Below are positions 1 through 8,158 of a DNA stretch of 64,000 nucleotides, piece by piece. The stretch is from Chloroflexota bacterium. Lineage in GTDB: Bacteria; Chloroflexota; Dehalococcoidia; Lucifugimonadales; UBA3495. The position numbers and the translations under genes were made by a program. Where the stretch lies: NCBI GenBank assembly GCA_027623675.1, contig JAQBVF010000002.1, positions 32,001 through 96,000 on the forward strand. The letters are read 5' to 3'. Position 1 is the first letter of the stretch; each line of letters opens with the position of its first letter. The notes below the pieces were generated by a model, which had not been told where the DNA came from, ran no database searches, and saw nothing but the letters and a program-made list of their open reading frames with translations.

Positions 1-453
1 GTGGAGTGTGGCGATGGTGCCGCCGACGCCGTGTGCCCGGGCCGCCAAAAGCAGGTTCTGGGCGGACGGGATGATGCCGCCGGCGCCGCCTTTGTTGAGG
101 GCGCAGATCAGGACCATCAGGGGAGCGTCGCCAAACTCGTTGGCCAACCGCATGGCGGAGCGCTGGGAATTCTTGCCCGGGGGAATATCCTCCGGACCCA
201 TGATTCCCTGGTCCTTACGCTTGGCCCACCAGGCCTCGTGGTACAACTCGCCCAGCTGCTTGCGGGTGTCGGCGTCCTTCACCACGATGAAGTGCCACTG
301 CTGGGTGTTGCCGCCGTTGGGGGCGCGGATGGCCGCCTCCATGATGTCCCGCATGACGTCATCGGGTATCGGGTCGGGCTTGAGGCGGCGAATGGCGCGC
401 TGGGTGAACATCGCTTCGCCCAGCGACATGGTTAAGCGGTCGGCAGTAGTCAT
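1..453 (-). CDS. Nitroreductase family protein (runs off window at 3' end)
   Basis: Not in the ORF track. Manual translation MTTADRLTMSLGEAMFTQRAIRRLKPDPIP...AIRAPNGGNTQQWHFIVV...AQNLLLAARAHGVGG shows the RAIR, APNGGNxQ.W.F and QNLLLAA nitroreductase motifs. GGAGG SD upstream. Confidence 0.85.
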   Translation of the reverse strand, partial: MTTADRLTMSLGEAMFTQRAIRRLKPDPIPDDVMRDIMEAAIRAPNGGNTQQWHFIVVKDADTRKQLGELYHEAWWAKRKDQGIMGPEDIPPGKNSQRSAMRLANEFGDAPLMVLICALNKGGAGGIIPSAQNLLLAARAHGVGGTIATLH

Positions 454-483
454 ACTTTGCCCTCCAATATCTTGTGTTAAATC

Positions 484-1251
484 CTATGCAACACCGGCGG
501 CGTTCTTGCGCAGGTCCGCTCGGGGTTCGGCCAGCAGACGGCCATAACCGGCCAACGGCTCGGTCTCGCCGGCCTGGCTCAGGACGCGCCAGAGAGTGGC
601 GGTATGGGATGTCACCACGGGCTTCCCGGTCTCCTCCTCCAGCGCCTGGGCGGCCGCCATGCCGTCGAAGTTCATGCAACTGATGAACAGGCCATCGGCC
701 TGGTCAGCGTACTCCCGCCAGGCGTCCATGGAGAAATCGAAGATCTCCTGGGGCGGAACGGCGGCGAAATCCTCGGCGGTTTCCAGGCCCATTCCCCGCA
801 TGGTCAGCGCCTCGATGCCAGCCTCCTTCAGGTAGGCCCGCTCGGACACGTGATGGCTGTCGGGATAGGGGGTGGTCACCACTATCTTCTTCATGCCCAG
901 GTGTTGCAGCGCCTCGGCCACGGCCAGCATGGTCGACGTGATGGGCGTGCCCCATTCGGATTCCAGGTCCCGGCAGAACTCGCGGTCGGCTTCCATACCG
1001 CGCAGGGCGCCGCTGACGGTGCAGCAGTAGGCCACCGCGTCCACTTTGGCACTGGCCAATTCGCCCACCGCCCGGCCGGCGTTACCTTCCATCTCGATCA
1101 GCGCCTCGATGCTCTCGCCCGGGGCCAGCATCATCCGGCTGGTGAAGAAGCCAACCCCCGGAGGCGCGGCCCTGTTGTACCGCAACTCGGAAATGGTGGA
1201 CGCGCTTACCACGACAAGTCCGATCTTGGTCCGCAGTTCCAGCTGGTCCAT
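484..1251 (-). CDS. Maleate cis-trans isomerase / Asp-Glu racemase / arylmalonate decarboxylase family protein
   Basis: KIGLVVVSASTISE N-terminus, two catalytic Cys regions (YCCT, ISCMNF), TTPY and GKPVVTS motifs. Start moved to ATG 1251 after AGGAG. Confidence 0.85.
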   Translation of the reverse strand: MDQLELRTKIGLVVVSASTISELRYNRAAPPGVGFFTSRMMLAPGESIEALIEMEGNAGRAVGELASAKVDAVAYCCTVSGALRGMEADREFCRDLESEWGTPITSTMLAVAEALQHLGMKKIVVTTPYPDSHHVSERAYLKEAGIEALTMRGMGLETAEDFAAVPPQEIFDFSMDAWREYADQADGLFISCMNFDGMAAAQALEEETGKPVVTSHTATLWRVLSQAGETEPLAGYGRLLAEPRADLRKNAAGVA

Positions 1252-1488
1252 CCGCCGCGCTCCTATCGTGTGGTTCCTCATCAGATCGCCCTTGGTTTTG
1301 GTTGCAAAGTTTATCACAATGGCCGCCTGGAAACGGGTCAGGCGTCACCCCTTCCCGGTCATTCAATCATTCGGGATAACGGCGGATAACGATGATGGGG
1401 ACGCTCAAGGTGCATATCAATGACAAGGACGCTCATGGTGACGAAGTGTACACAATTTATCCGCTCCAGTTCACGCTGGAGAGGCCAT

Positions 1489-1563
1489 TGGTTCGTACAC
1501 GCTAAAGGCGGCGGCAGTCTCCTATTCTGGGTGCTTCGGGTTCGAATCCTGTTAGGCCAGCCA
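1489..1563 (+). pseudogene. Degenerate tRNA-like remnant (Gln-like 3' end)
   Basis: TCGGG-TTCGAAT-CCTGT-TAGGCCA-G-CCA has exact T-arm/acceptor/discriminator/CCA spacing. TGG lies 75 nt from the CCA end. D and anticodon arms do not fold. Confidence 0.35.
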
Positions 1564-1953
1564 GCCCCAGGCAGCCGGGACGCTAATCGAACCGTTTCTG
1601 GCAGCAACCCATCTGACAAGTTATGGTTTCAGGTTCTGGGAAACACGTATTGAGAGGCGAGCGGTGCTCATTCCTAAACCAGGCCGATGGCAGTGTCGGT
1701 AATGCCAGCACCACCCCTTTATGCTCAGGGTTAGGAGCGACTTGAGGATTTCCATGGCTGCATCCACGGACAGAAGAAAACGGCCCACGCGAACCGGTAT
1801 CGGTTCCCCTGTGGGCCGCTGTTGGAAATCCACGGTCGCTAGAGATCGGCCCGATTCCGTGGCTTGTACGGTTGGGCCCACAACCTCGAATTGTCAGACT
1901 CCTGCTCCAAGATATGGCTTCTAGGTTCCCTCAGATGGCCGGCAGTAAGTACT

Positions 1954-2556
1954 TCAGGTCAAATGCCGCACCAAGACGCTGGTTACCACGTTTGAGCTCG
2001 GAATCATGATCTCGCGGTCTTCTATTCCCAGAACGATGTGCATCAAAGTAATATTCGTCACCCTCCCAGAATTGCCCCCAATAGTCACATTGTCCCCGAT
2101 TCGGATTGGGCGGGAAAGAGTCAGGAACATACCAGCTACGGCGTTACCCATGACCGATTGTGTGGCAAGACCTGCCACCAATCCCGCAAAACTCCCAGCA
2201 GTTAATGCGGCTGCCACGTTGGAGGTCAGAAGAGAAACGACCGCAGAAAGAATGACCGCATACGCCACGATTCGAGCGATGACGCGAAGAGGCACAGCAA
2301 CATCGACGGATGTGCGCGATAAAGCAACGTAATATGCCCACCGAGCGCCGAACTCGGTCGCCAGGGATCCGAAGACAACGACCTCGATGGCGTGGACGTA
2401 CTGTTGGTAACTCTCTAGGAACTCCAACGGCCCCCCATCGGCTACAAGCCTCGCCGTGAAGGCCAGTACGGTCATAAGCAGCCCTACAGCTAACACTGTA
2501 AGCAGCGCGAACTGTATTATTTTCCCCGTGCTTTTATGTGGAGACGTAACCGACAT
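1954..2556 (-). CDS. MscS family small mechanosensitive channel (short form)
   Basis: Hydrophobic N-terminal helices, GLVAGLATQSVMGNAVAGMFL, RPIRIGDNVTIGGNSGRVTNI and IMIPSS motifs. Confidence 0.85.
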   Translation of the reverse strand: MSVTSPHKSTGKIIQFALLTVLAVGLLMTVLAFTARLVADGGPLEFLESYQQYVHAIEVVVFGSLATEFGARWAYYVALSRTSVDVAVPLRVIARIVAYAVILSAVVSLLTSNVAAALTAGSFAGLVAGLATQSVMGNAVAGMFLTLSRPIRIGDNVTIGGNSGRVTNITLMHIVLGIEDREIMIPSSNVVTSVLVRHLT

Positions 2557-2866
2557 CTTTTCCCTTAGAACGCCAGCGATCCCATTTTCATTACCCGGAA
2601 TTCAACGCTTGCACAATCGCCCGCATTGTTCTGCGCAGTGGAAAAACGCGCTGTAAAATTCACCAAAGTGCGGGCTTCGGGTATTATACACATTGTCCCA
2701 TCTGCACAGACCCCAATTTGATAGCCAGACTGGTAAATGAGCATTGGTGCGTGGGACTGATAGGCGTTACTATCGGGTCGATGGGATTGGCCGTGTCTTC
2801 CGCCGTGTCTTCCTTTGTAATAGCTACTTCGACACGCGCCGGAATCATCGTCGGGACCTTCTGCTG

Positions 2867-3137
2867 CATGGTGAGCCCGTCGAACCACTGGTTTGGGTCA
2901 AGCGGGGTTCTTGCGGGCAGCAACTTGACTGATGCGCGCCCTTCGAGAGCCTCGGGACGAACGGGACCACCTCACAATCCTAGTCACCGGGTTGCGATTC
3001 GAGTCACCATAGTCGCTATCGTAGTCACCCAATTCTCGCTTGCTGTTGATATACAAGCTTGTCGAACCACCGCCGAGGGCGCACCCAGTTTTCTTAACCG
3101 GGAACTTAATTGGTGCGCGCCCCTCGATACCCACAAG
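2867..3137. repeat. Two degenerate REP-like inverted doublets in tandem (~181 bp period)
   Basis: CATGGTGAGCCCGTCGAACCAC (2867-2888) with GCGCGCCCTTCGAGAGCCTCGGGACGAACGGG (2934-2965). Second copy AAGCTTGTCGAACCAC (3055-3070) with GCGCGCCCCTCGA (3115-3127). Both share AACTTrAyTGrTGCGCGCCC. Confidence 0.55.
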
Positions 3138-3245
3138 ACCGGCGGCCAGATCGACTTTGCAGCGAAACGATTTTGGCAAAACCCCTGTGACCCATTCCTG
3201 CCGAGTACCAGCTGAATACCAGCCCAACCCGAGCAATGTGCTAAT

Positions 3246-3254
3246 TGATATAAT
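3246..3254 (+). promoter_or_regulatory. Extended -10 promoter element (TGnTATAAT)
   Basis: TGATATAAT ~45 nt upstream of the ATG at 3300. Confidence 0.55.
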
Positions 3255-3299
3255 GTGCCTCATCTTTCCCGTAGCTGGCGGTACGCGCCAGGAGGCGTA

Positions 3300-4436
3300 A
3301 TGGCTATCGATTTGTCCAGCGCTGCGCAAGCATACCAACGTCTTGGCGTGAAACCGGTGATTAACGCCACCGGTTCAGTCACCAAGTACGGTGGCACCAG
3401 GACCCGGCCCGAGGTCATGGAAGTGATGGCGGGGGCAGCCCGCATCATGGTCAATGTGGATGAACTCAACCGGAAGGCCGGGGAAGAGATCGCCCGGATC
3501 ACCGGCGCGGAAGCCGGATTCGTTTGCAGCGGCGCCGCCGGTGGGCTGGTGCTGCAAGCCGCGGCCTGCATCGCCGGCAAGGACCCGGTCAAGATGCGCC
3601 GATTGCCCGACACCACCGGCATGAAGCGCGAGATAATCATCCAGAACATGCACCGCTTTCCCTACGAGCAGGCTTACCGGGCGGGCGGCGCCAAGCTGGT
3701 GGAGATCGGCGACTCCCGGTACTCCCACCCCTGGGAGTTGGAAGGCGCCATCGGCGAGAACACGGCGGCCGTGGCGTTCCTCTGCGCCCCGTTGACCAAC
3801 CGGCGGGCGATACCGCTGCCCCAGGTCTGCGAGATCGCCCACAGCCGTGGCGTGCCGGTGATCGTCGACGCCGCCTCCATGCTGCCGCCCAGAGAGAACC
3901 TCAAGAGATACCTGGCCGACGGCGCGGATATGGTGGCTTTCAGCGGCGGCAAGGGTATCCGCGGCCCTCAGGGGACGGGTATCCTCTGCGGGCGGGCCGA
4001 CCTCATTGAGGCGGCCGCCGCCCATGCCAACCCGGCACAGTTCTTGGGACGCCCCATGAAGGTGGCCAAGGAAGAGATCGTAGGTCTGATCACCGCCTTG
4101 AACATGTTCGTGGAGGAAGACGAGGACGCCGAGATGCGGGCCTACGCCGCAATGGCCCAACAGGTGGTGGACGCGTTGAGCGAGGTCCCAGGTCTGGACG
4201 TCACGCTGATGCATGACAAACACGATTACCTGATTCCCCACGCGCTGCTGCGGTTCAGCGAGGACTGGCGCGGACCCAGCAAGAACGAGATCACCAAGGC
4301 GATGGAAGAGGGCGAGTTGCCCATCTACCTGCACCAACTGGGCCAACCCGAGGAGTTGGCGGTGGACCCGTTGAACCTGACCCAAGAAGAAACCACCATC
4401 GTGATCCAGCGGCTGCGTGAAGAACTGACCCGCTAG
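3300..4436 (+). CDS. SelA-like / DgaE-like PLP-dependent enzyme
   Basis: LGVKPVINATG, VIVDAA, FSGGKGIRGPQGTG (PLP lysine), GRPMKVAKEEI. GGAGG SD before ATG 3300. Confidence 0.85.
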   Translation: MAIDLSSAAQAYQRLGVKPVINATGSVTKYGGTRTRPEVMEVMAGAARIMVNVDELNRKAGEEIARITGAEAGFVCSGAAGGLVLQAAACIAGKDPVKMRRLPDTTGMKREIIIQNMHRFPYEQAYRAGGAKLVEIGDSRYSHPWELEGAIGENTAAVAFLCAPLTNRRAIPLPQVCEIAHSRGVPVIVDAASMLPPRENLKRYLADGADMVAFSGGKGIRGPQGTGILCGRADLIEAAAAHANPAQFLGRPMKVAKEEIVGLITALNMFVEEDEDAEMRAYAAMAQQVVDALSEVPGLDVTLMHDKHDYLIPHALLRFSEDWRGPSKNEITKAMEEGELPIYLHQLGQPEELAVDPLNLTQEETTIVIQRLREELTR

Positions 4437-4499
4437 ACACGTCAACCCTCGTAGAATCGTCAGCGACCGATAGATAACCACCACGCTAAGGAGAGACAG

Positions 4500-5546
4500 A
4501 TGGCCATCAAGATCGACCTGAGGGTGCCCCCGTGCAAGCCCGTCCCCGAGATCACCGCATTCGTCAAGGAATGCGAGGACGCTGGGTTCGACGGCGTGGG
4601 CATGTTGGACTCACAGATGCTGGAGCGCGACGTGTTCGTTTCCATGGCCCACGCGCTGATGAACACCTCCAGGATCAACGTGGCGTCGGCGGTCACCAAC
4701 CCCGTGACCCGGCATCCGTCGGTGCTGGCCTCCGCCGCCCAGACCGTTTCCGAAGTCGCTCCCGGCCGGGCCCAGATCTGGATCGGACGGGGCTACAGCT
4801 CGGCCAACGTGGTCGGCATCCCTCCGGCCACCGTGCGCCAGATGCGGGACGCGGTCTCCATGATGAAAGAACTCATGGCCGGGAACCAGGTCGATTTCGG
4901 CGGCGTCTCCAGCCGCATGCGTCACGGCGGCGGCGGGGCCACGCCGGTCTACATCGCGGCCACCGGCCCCAGGGTGATGAAGGTGGCCGGCGAGGTGGCC
5001 GACGGAGCGGTGTTGATGACCGGCATCCACCCCCAGGCGGTGGCGGAAGCCCGGGAGTTGATCGCCGATGGGGCCAGGAGCGCGGGCCGGAACCCCGACG
5101 AACTGGAGACGATCTTCACCTGCACAACCATCATCAGGGACGACCTGAAAGAGGCCCGCGAGATTGCCCGGCCCCTGGCGGTGCAGCGGTTGATGGAAAA
5201 GACCTATGTCCGCTGGTTGAAGGCGGCCGGCATGGATTTCTCGGACCTAGAAGTGCCCCGGGGCCTCTGGGACCTCTACCCCGACGTACCCCACGCCGAG
5301 GACTGGGAGAAGGCCAAGGAATTGTGCGCCTTCCTGCCGGACGATGCCCTGGCCCAACTCTGTGACACCATGGGGCTGATCGGTTCGCCCGAGTATGTCG
5401 CCGAACGCATTCAGGCGGCGGAAAAAGCCGGCCTGGAGCATATCTATCTGATGACCGACCAGACCTACGAGTTCGCCACCGGCGAGCTTGCCGCCTTCCG
5501 GAACAAGATATTCCCGGCGCTGGGCCGGGCCATGCAGCCGGCATAA
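4500..5546 (+). CDS. LLM-class (Mer-like, possibly F420-dependent) oxidoreductase
   Basis: EDAGFDGVGMLDSQ, VTNPVTRHPSVLAS, PVYIAATGPRVMKVAGEVADG. AAGGAG SD. Confidence 0.85.
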   Translation: MAIKIDLRVPPCKPVPEITAFVKECEDAGFDGVGMLDSQMLERDVFVSMAHALMNTSRINVASAVTNPVTRHPSVLASAAQTVSEVAPGRAQIWIGRGYSSANVVGIPPATVRQMRDAVSMMKELMAGNQVDFGGVSSRMRHGGGGATPVYIAATGPRVMKVAGEVADGAVLMTGIHPQAVAEARELIADGARSAGRNPDELETIFTCTTIIRDDLKEAREIARPLAVQRLMEKTYVRWLKAAGMDFSDLEVPRGLWDLYPDVPHAEDWEKAKELCAFLPDDALAQLCDTMGLIGSPEYVAERIQAAEKAGLEHIYLMTDQTYEFATGELAAFRNKIFPALGRAMQPA

Positions 5547-5596
5547 CGGCAGACATATCGGGCATCTATCGGTCTGTGGAAGAATGCCGAATATCC

Positions 5597-5629
5597 AGGG
5601 GCAGGCTTGAAACCTGCCCCTTTTCGTTT
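5597..5629 (+). terminator. Intrinsic terminator / GTAG-type REP-like hairpin
   Basis: AGGGGCAGG-CTTGAAA-CCTGCCCCT followed by a T-rich tract, just after the LLM gene. Confidence 0.6.
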
Positions 5630-5863
5630 GTCTTTAGGGGGTGACCATCGTAACCGGCAGTTCGCCGGGTCGATACTCCCGATTCGCAGCGGTACTGAAC
5701 GATCTGGGCGCGGCTGAGGGATGACTCGGCGTCCCCACGTCTTCGGGCCGCGCCTACGTTGCCGAAAAAATGGCAGCGATAGCATCACGCCGTGGCGCCG
5801 CAAAACGACTCATCTGGATCCCCCAGCAGATTGAAGCATCATACTATTTACAGGAGTTAATTG

Positions 5864-7165
5864 ATGCAAAACATTCGAATTCTTGGACTGATCTCCGGGG
5901 CCGTCGCCCTCGCCGCCGTGGCCTGTGGCAGCGGTCCGGCTGCCATCCCGGCCGCGGCTTCACCCTCTCCAGCCGGCTCTTCGGCTGCAACCGCCACCCC
6001 AAGTTCCGCCACGCCGACGCCTGGGGCCGAGTCCAAAAGCGTGAAGGGAACTTTCGTGGAAATCGACCCGACCGGACTGGTTGAGCAAGACCTCGATTTT
6101 GAAGATGGCCTCCGTTCCGCCAGGTTCAGCCTGGGCGGTTGGAAGACCGATTTCAGTTACCATACCGTGCCCTATGACGAGTTTCTCTCGGGCGGGCCGC
6201 CCAGGGACGGCATACCCCCGCTGGATAACCCTCGATTCGATTCCATCGACCAGGCCGACGGCTGGCTGGCCGGCATGGAGCCGGTGATCTCCTTTGAGAT
6301 AAACGGAGACCAGCGGGCCTATCCGCTGCAGGTGCTGATCTGGCACGAGATCGTGAATGACGTGGTGGGCGGGGTGCCGGTCGCGGTTACGTTCTGCCCA
6401 CTCTGCAACAGCGCCATCGTTTTCGAGCGCACGGTGGGCGGCCGGGTCCTGGACTTCGGCACCACAGGCAATCTGCGGAACAGCGACCTGGTCATGTGGG
6501 ACCGTCAGACCGAGTCTTGGTGGCAGCAATTCACGGGCGAAGCCATCGTCGGCGTCATGGCGGGGACCAGATTGACCTTCCTGCCGGCGCCCATCGTGTC
6601 TTGGCAGGACTTCATGACCTATCAGCCCGACGGCAAAGTCCTGAGCAAGGACACCGGGTTCGACCGCCGGTACGGGCAGAACCCCTACGTTGGCTATGAC
6701 CGCGTCGACGAGCCGCCGTTCCTTCTACTGGGGGACTCCGACGGCCGCCTGCAGCCCAAAGAACGGGTTGCCGCCGTCACCGTGGATGGGGTGAACGCGG
6801 CGTTCCCCTTCGCCGTTCTCGCCGAGGAAGGCGCCGTGAATTATCGAGTTAACGGCGTTGATCTGGCCGTGTTGTTCAAGTCCGGCACCAACTCGGCCCT
6901 GGACGGCGCCCGGATCGAGTCGTCCAAAGACATTGGCTCAACCGGGGTTTTCAAATCGGAACTCAACGGCCAAAAGTTGACATTCACCGCCACCGACGGC
7001 AGTTTCACCGACGCCGAGACGGGTTCCACTTGGAACATCCTGGGCGAGGCCACTAACGGCCCTTTGACCGGGGAGCGGCTGACTAAGATGGTCCACGCCG
7101 AGCACTTCTGGTTCGCCTGGGGCGCGTTCAAACCGGACACTCTGATCTACCACGGCGTGGGCTGA
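5864..7165 (+). CDS. DUF3179-domain lipoprotein
   Basis: Lipobox-like LAAVAC, Ala/Ser/Pro/Thr linker, SGGPPRDGIPPLDNP, RAYPLQVLIWHEIVND, TFCPLCNS, DRQTESWWQQ, FWFAW. Confidence 0.85.
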   Translation: MQNIRILGLISGAVALAAVACGSGPAAIPAAASPSPAGSSAATATPSSATPTPGAESKSVKGTFVEIDPTGLVEQDLDFEDGLRSARFSLGGWKTDFSYHTVPYDEFLSGGPPRDGIPPLDNPRFDSIDQADGWLAGMEPVISFEINGDQRAYPLQVLIWHEIVNDVVGGVPVAVTFCPLCNSAIVFERTVGGRVLDFGTTGNLRNSDLVMWDRQTESWWQQFTGEAIVGVMAGTRLTFLPAPIVSWQDFMTYQPDGKVLSKDTGFDRRYGQNPYVGYDRVDEPPFLLLGDSDGRLQPKERVAAVTVDGVNAAFPFAVLAEEGAVNYRVNGVDLAVLFKSGTNSALDGARIESSKDIGSTGVFKSELNGQKLTFTATDGSFTDAETGSTWNILGEATNGPLTGERLTKMVHAEHFWFAWGAFKPDTLIYHGVG

Positions 7166-7373
7166 TGCGGCGCTGACGCCCCGCTCGATATATTGCTCCA
7201 TATGTTGATCGGAACCGGTGATTTAGGCCGGGATGAACCAAGCAAAAACCGGACCAACGCCTTGCAGGCGGTCTCTAGGACGCATACACTTGATTGCAAG
7301 CCGACTTATCAATAGTCACCCGCTAAATAAATCACTTTCAGATAGCCTCTCTGGCACTCCCCAGGAGACCCCG

Positions 7374-7961
7374 ATGTCGAGTCAAGAAGAGACCACGGCG
7401 GCAGACCTGGAGCGCGCATTCACCGAGATTGTTGAGCAATATTCCGACCTGGCCTACAGCGTCGCCATCCGCATGCTCCGGAACGCTGAAGACGCTGAGG
7501 ACGCCGTGCAGGAAGCATACATCTCGGCCTTCAAGGCCCTGCCCAAGTTCAAGGGCCAGTCCAAGCTTTCCACCTGGCTCTACCGCATCGTCGTCAACGC
7601 CTGCTTGATGAAGATCCGCAAGGACAAGTCCCGGGCCAAGTACATCTCCGAGAAGAACTTCGACGACGCCATCGTCTACGATTGGAAGAATGACCCGGAA
7701 GATGCGGCGGTAAACAGCGAGCTACGCTCGAATCTGGAGGAGGGCCTGGACCGGCTTCCACCCGACCTCCGCGCTGCCTTGGTGTTGAGAGACATCCAGG
7801 GGCTTTCAACCGAGGAAGCCGCCGAAGCCCTGAATATCTCCATCGCCTCCATGAAATCGCGCCTGCACCGTGCCAGGGTCCAACTTCGGAAACGGCTGGA
7901 TGAGTACGCCGCCCTCTCCCGATCGACCGCCCCGGAAGCAGAGGTCGACGCCGGCGGCTAA
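7374..7961 (+). CDS. ECF (sigma-70 group 4) RNA polymerase sigma factor
   Basis: DAEDAVQEAY, STWLYRIVVN (region 2), LRDIQGLSTEEAAEALNISIASMKSRLHRAR (region 4.2). AGGAG SD before ATG 7374. Confidence 0.92.
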   Translation: MSSQEETTAADLERAFTEIVEQYSDLAYSVAIRMLRNAEDAEDAVQEAYISAFKALPKFKGQSKLSTWLYRIVVNACLMKIRKDKSRAKYISEKNFDDAIVYDWKNDPEDAAVNSELRSNLEEGLDRLPPDLRAALVLRDIQGLSTEEAAEALNISIASMKSRLHRARVQLRKRLDEYAALSRSTAPEAEVDAGG

Positions 7962-8010
7962 CCCGTCGGTCGCCAGGGTGGAAATGCACCGTCTCCCGGC
8001 CCGATTGGTA

Positions 8011-8039
8011 GTGACAACCTGTCCCCGGTTCGCTACCAT
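8011..8039 (+). promoter_or_regulatory. Putative sigma-70 promoter of the tkt cluster
   Basis: GTGACA-N17-TACCAT. Confidence 0.4.
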
Positions 8040-8158
8040 ATCCTGGGGATTTAGATTCCCTATAGACTCGATCAAAGATTCGATTCGTGTGTCGAGATTC
8101 CGGGTTCAGCCAGTCGATGAATCTCGGTGAAGGCTCGCAGACTTTAGGGGGTTCCACC

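Noticed and set aside
1359..1924. Short ORFs on both strands
   Set aside because: No recognisable motifs or SD; one merely translates the tRNA-like remnant.
2565..3338. ORFs 2565-2888, 2684-2923, 2718-3215, 2898-3338, 3040-3300
   Set aside because: They overlap the REP-like repeats in a lower-GC spacer and show no protein motifs.
3300..7165. Selenocysteine system (SelA-like gene near DUF3179)
   Set aside because: No in-frame TGA, selB, selD or tRNA-Sec seen; DUF3179 has CPLC with ordinary Cys codons.
7200..7315. ECF autoregulatory promoter or FNR box upstream of the sigma gene
   Set aside because: GGAACC has no fitting -10 at normal spacing, and TTGAT/ATCAA are 13 nt apart rather than 4.
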